Part shown: positions 41,529 to 44,531 of the stretch, piece after piece
Layout of the letters: each line of letters opens with the position of its first letter
Numbering within the stretch: position 1 is the first letter of the stretch
Source of the DNA: a virus
Reading direction: 5' to 3' (one strand)
IMG/VR virus record: IMGVR_UViG_3300031418_000028
Length of the DNA stretch: 44,531 nucleotides
Translations under genes and position numbers: made by a program
The notes under the pieces: model-generated
What the model saw: only the letters and a program-made list of their open reading frames with translations
Database searches by the model: none
Told to the model about the DNA's origin: nothing

Positions 41529-42359
41529 ATGAGCTTAGATATCCTGAACGGCCTGATTGACGACGTAATTGACACCCAAGCAGTTGACATGACCGAGACC
41601 AGCACTGGCGGTGGCGGTGGCCTGCTGCCAGAGGGTTATGCACTGGCTCGTATGGTTACGTACATCGAGCTGGGTGTGCATCCGCAGGAGTTCGACGGAA
41701 AAGCCAAAGCACCTGCACCAGAAGTTACTATTGGCTTCAAGCTGTTCGGCGGCCCAGATAACTGCTATGACGGTCGTTTTATCTCAGTGCGTGACATGGC
41801 GCTGGGTAACAACGAGAAGTCAAACGCCAAGAAGTTCTTTGATAAGCTGAACTGGGCGGGTGACATGCGACATTTCGCACAGGGTTTAGGCAAGGCGTAC
41901 TTGCTGCCAATCAAAGTACAGACTGCTAAGAAGTCTGGTAAGCAGTACAACAAGGTGCAGGTGGATGCAATCCTCCCACCAATCGACCCGGTAAGCAAGA
42001 GCACGTACAACGTACCGGCTGTGACTGCTGAAGACCTGAAGTACTTCTTCTTTGATAAGCCGACCAAGGAGACTTGGGATAGTCTGTTCATTGAGGGGCA
42101 GTTCGACGACGGCAACGCCAAGAACAAAGTACAGGAGAAGATTCTGGTCGCTCTGAACTTCCCCGGCTCTGCACTGGAGCAGCTCATCTCTGGCGTAGTC
42201 CTGCCTGACCAGCCGGGCGCGGCGTCTGTACCTGCAACTGATTCAGCACCTCAGCAGCAAGCGCAAGCTCCGGCAGTACCTGCTGAAGTAGGCCCATCGT
42301 CCGCACCAGCACAACCCGCTGCACCGGTAATGCCTGCGATGCCTCCAATACCACAGTGA
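41529..42359 (+). CDS. Hypothetical replication-module protein (276 aa), possibly ssDNA-binding; Pro/Ala/Gln-rich tail
   Basis: Located between the DNA polymerase and exonuclease genes. The N-terminal pattern LPEGYALARMVTYIELG...EVTIGFKL is reminiscent of DUF669-type phage proteins. The functional call is weak. Confidence 0.6.
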   Translation: MSLDILNGLIDDVIDTQAVDMTETSTGGGGGLLPEGYALARMVTYIELGVHPQEFDGKAKAPAPEVTIGFKLFGGPDNCYDGRFISVRDMALGNNEKSNAKKFFDKLNWAGDMRHFAQGLGKAYLLPIKVQTAKKSGKQYNKVQVDAILPPIDPVSKSTYNVPAVTAEDLKYFFFDKPTKETWDSLFIEGQFDDGNAKNKVQEKILVALNFPGSALEQLISGVVLPDQPGAASVPATDSAPQQQAQAPAVPAEVGPSSAPAQPAAPVMPAMPPIPQ

Positions 42360-42363
42360 GCCG

Positions 42364-43440
42364 ATGATTGGGACAGTTATGCAACTATCTGACATATTAG
42401 CGGAGCTGCCCGAGCAGTTCCCGCCTGCAGTGCCGGGGCGGGTTCTGCTTCTCGATGCAGACTTTCCTGCTTATCAAGCAGCAGCAACAGTAAAGAACTT
42501 GGACACGGCAGTACGCCGCTTCCAAACCCTATCCGAAACGCAAAGGTTCCTTGTAAATGCAGAAACAATCCGCGTACATCTTACTAGCGCAGGCAATCAG
42601 AAATGCCGCCGATTTGACTACCCAACGGTTAAGCCGTACCAAGCGAACCGAGATGGCAAGCCGAAACCGCCGCTCCTTGCACCCCTTCGACGCGCAATCC
42701 CTGAGCACCCGTGGGACCCACACTGGTCCGTGCATCTATGGCGGGACAGGGAAGCCGATGATGGTCTGATGATGGATGCCCTTGTGTACGGTGACAACGC
42801 TGTCATGGTATCCGGGGATAAAGACCTGAACATCACACCCGGCCCCCTGTGGTTGGACTACGAGGGGCGTGTTGATATCATCCCGGACCGGTTCGGGTGG
42901 ATTAAGACTAAGCAGTTAACATCACAAACGAAGGTGGTTGGTCATGGTACTAAGTTCTTTTGGGCACAGATGCTCATGGGGGATACCGCCGATAACGTTG
43001 CCGGTCTCACCAGACTACATGGGAAGCTCTGTGGGGCGGTCGGAGCCTTCAAGGTACTCAATGGTATTACCTCCGAAGCAGACGCCGCAGAGTTCGTCCT
43101 ACGAGCTTACATTGCGAACAAACAGAATCCACTAGCCGAGGCAGAGTGCCTGTGGCTACGTCGGTCATTGCAGGACTCTGGATACAGGTACTTGTGTGAG
43201 CTGGGCTTACCAGACTTTATCCAGCAGTGGCTTGACCAGTTGAATCAGTATCATGAAGAAGTTCTATCATTTAAAGCGCAAGAGCGCGAGGAAGAGAAGT
43301 ATGGCGAAATCGAATCGAGCCACAGCCCGCGAACTCAAGCACTTGGGTCTGACAATTCAGACGGGGCCAGTACGCCGCCGTGGTCAGGAGGATGCGATGC
43401 AGGCTGCTCAGGCTGTGCGGGACATGTTTCATGGGGGTGA
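42364..43440 (+). CDS. 5-prime-3-prime exonuclease / flap endonuclease (T7 gp6 / T5 FEN family)
   Basis: LLLDADFPAYQAA, KPYQANR, EADDGLMMDA, VSGDKDL and GDTADNVAGL are FEN family motifs. The last roughly 45 codons look off-frame. Confidence 0.85.
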   Translation: MIGTVMQLSDILAELPEQFPPAVPGRVLLLDADFPAYQAAATVKNLDTAVRRFQTLSETQRFLVNAETIRVHLTSAGNQKCRRFDYPTVKPYQANRDGKPKPPLLAPLRRAIPEHPWDPHWSVHLWRDREADDGLMMDALVYGDNAVMVSGDKDLNITPGPLWLDYEGRVDIIPDRFGWIKTKQLTSQTKVVGHGTKFFWAQMLMGDTADNVAGLTRLHGKLCGAVGAFKVLNGITSEADAAEFVLRAYIANKQNPLAEAECLWLRRSLQDSGYRYLCELGLPDFIQQWLDQLNQYHEEVLSFKAQEREEEKYGEIESSHSPRTQALGSDNSDGASTPPWSGGCDAGCSGCAGHVSWG

Positions 43441-43546
43441 GGTGCCACTTGCACTGGTTGAACACGAGCTTCTGAAGCTGCGCCGCAGAAGCCCGCAGGT
43501 GTTCCGCGAGCTGTGTGAAGAGTTTGGCATGGAATACTTGGTATGA
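43301..43546 (+). CDS. Hypothetical protein (81 aa)
   Basis: ATG with gaggaagag SD. It overlaps the exonuclease ORF tail by about 140 nt. Its stop overlaps the next ATG. Confidence 0.5.
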   Translation: MAKSNRATARELKHLGLTIQTGPVRRRGQEDAMQAAQAVRDMFHGGEVPLALVEHELLKLRRRSPQVFRELCEEFGMEYLV

Positions 43547-43971
43547 TTCGAAAGCTAACTCGCAGTCAGCTCAGGCCCTTCGCTCTACGTATGCTCCAGA
43601 TGCAGGGCGGGGTGTGTGCCCTATGCCGTAAGCCTATCGACTTGAAGATTAAGGGCGAGCTAGTCGTTGACCATGACCACGTGACCGGTCAGATTCGTGG
43701 CGCACTGCACCGCTCATGCAATGCGGCAGAAGGCAAGGTGGCTAACGCCGCCGGACGCTGGGGCGCTAAGAGTATGGAGTACGCCGCTATCGTACCGTGG
43801 CTGGAGAACTTGCTGGAGTACTTACGACAGCCTGCCCACGAAGCATTGTACCCAACCCACAAGACAGCAGATGAGCTGCGTCTTCAACGTAACGCCACGG
43901 AGCGCAAGCGTAGGGCTGAGCGCAAGGCTCGCACATTAGTAAGGGCAACCCGTGCTACTCCAAAAGACTGA
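43543..43971 (+). CDS. Recombination endonuclease VII (Holliday junction resolvase)
   Basis: CALCRKPID...VVDHDHVTGQIRGALHRSCNAAEG matches the T4 endo VII family signature. Confidence 0.85.
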   Translation: MIRKLTRSQLRPFALRMLQMQGGVCALCRKPIDLKIKGELVVDHDHVTGQIRGALHRSCNAAEGKVANAAGRWGAKSMEYAAIVPWLENLLEYLRQPAHEALYPTHKTADELRLQRNATERKRRAERKARTLVRATRATPKD

Positions 43972-44164
43972 TTACCACGCCGAGGGCAAAGGTGAGTTCT
44001 ACGAGACACACCTAGAACAGAAGGGCGATGAGTATCACCTGTACCAATCCCACGGTGGGTACGGGCATCTCTCCAAGGATGAAGAGTCTGTAGTGATGAA
44101 CCGTGACCAAGCCATTGAAATTGCTAAAACAATTCTACGTAATGAAGGACTCCTTGATGCCTAA
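43952..44164 (+). CDS. Hypothetical protein (70 aa)
   Basis: ORF with an apparent GTG start. The stop overlaps the next ATG. The start is uncertain. Confidence 0.45.
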   Translation: MLLQKTDYHAEGKGEFYETHLEQKGDEYHLYQSHGGYGHLSKDEESVVMNRDQAIEIAKTILRNEGLLDA

Positions 44165-44531
44165 GATTTCAGCCAAAGCACTATTCACCCGTGACCAACA
44201 TGTTGCTATCCTTGAGCAGTTTAAGGATGATGCTACTGCGGCCAATCAGTATAATGTACTCGGTGGGTTTGAAGAGCAAGTAGTATACCGGCAGATGGTG
44301 CGATACTGGCGCAGCATTTACCTAGACAACAACGGCAGCAAGGCCAAAGCGGACAACGCAATCAAGGAAGCGCGTAAGCTGATTCAGCCATCGCCTACGG
44401 ATGACATTGGTGATACGTATGTACCGGCTGTCGCACGCCGCATTCTGGTAGTAGGGGACTTGCACGAACCCTATACGCACCAAGACGCGTATGCCTTCTT
44501 GAAGCACATGCGAGACACATACAACCCTGAC
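44157..44531 (+). CDS. Calcineurin-like metallophosphoesterase, N-terminal part (runs off the window and continues at 1-727)
   Basis: The ATG at 44157 overlaps the upstream stop. The frame stays open to the window end and is in frame with 2-727 through the 127-bp overlap. Confidence 0.8.
   Translation, partial: MPKISAKALFTRDQHVAILEQFKDDATAANQYNVLGGFEEQVVYRQMVRYWRSIYLDNNGSKAKADNAIKEARKLIQPSPTDDIGDTYVPAVARRILVVGDLHEPYTHQDAYAFLKHMRDTYNPD
44405..44531. repeat. Exact copy of window positions 1-127
   Basis: See the feature at 1-127. Confidence 0.95.

Noticed and set aside
1-44531. Lysogeny or mobile-element functions (integrase, repressor, transposase) and a DNA ligase or an Ocr / gp0.7-like protein
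   Set aside because: No tyrosine or serine recombinase motifs, no ligase KxDG motif and no kinase motifs were found in any supported ORF. Absence is based on reading translations only, so divergent versions among the early orphans cannot be excluded.

Overview
The window is one complete, circularly permuted genome of a T7-superfamily podophage (Autographiviridae-type). Positions 1-127 are identical to 44405-44531, so the unique length is 44404 bp and one gene wraps the window edge. Every credible gene is on the + strand. The layout resembles phiKMV/KP34: the single-subunit RNA polymerase (1978-4422) sits at the end of the DNA-metabolism block, directly before the structural genes. The order is: nucleotide/end-processing genes and RNAP (44157-4422); structural and packaging genes from portal to terminase (5882-23148); a lysis cassette with u-spanin, holin and SAR endolysin (23783-25020); a terminal pectate-lyase-fold tailspike (25030-26502); a non-coding junction region (26503-27775); an early region of small orphan genes plus a 555-aa orphan and an M28-like peptidase (27346-33478); and a replication block with primase, helicase, DNA polymerase, exonuclease and endonuclease VII (33478-43971). 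Items worth a second look are: (1) a roughly 0.5 kb adenine-depleted tract bracketed by a 15-nt direct repeat 443 bp apart, a candidate terminal-repeat/packaging region; (2) a tRNA-Trp(CCA) between the capsid terminator and the tail genes; (3) a 25-nt exact repeat likely to be the phage RNAP promoter; (4) four free-standing HNH endonuclease genes with AT-rich patches around the DNA polymerase gene; (5) the translationally coupled early orphan/peptidase pair; and (6) a DNA polymerase motif C reading HDC instead of HDE. No integrase, repressor, CRISPR array or rRNA was seen. All calls come from reading the sequence and motifs, with no database search.
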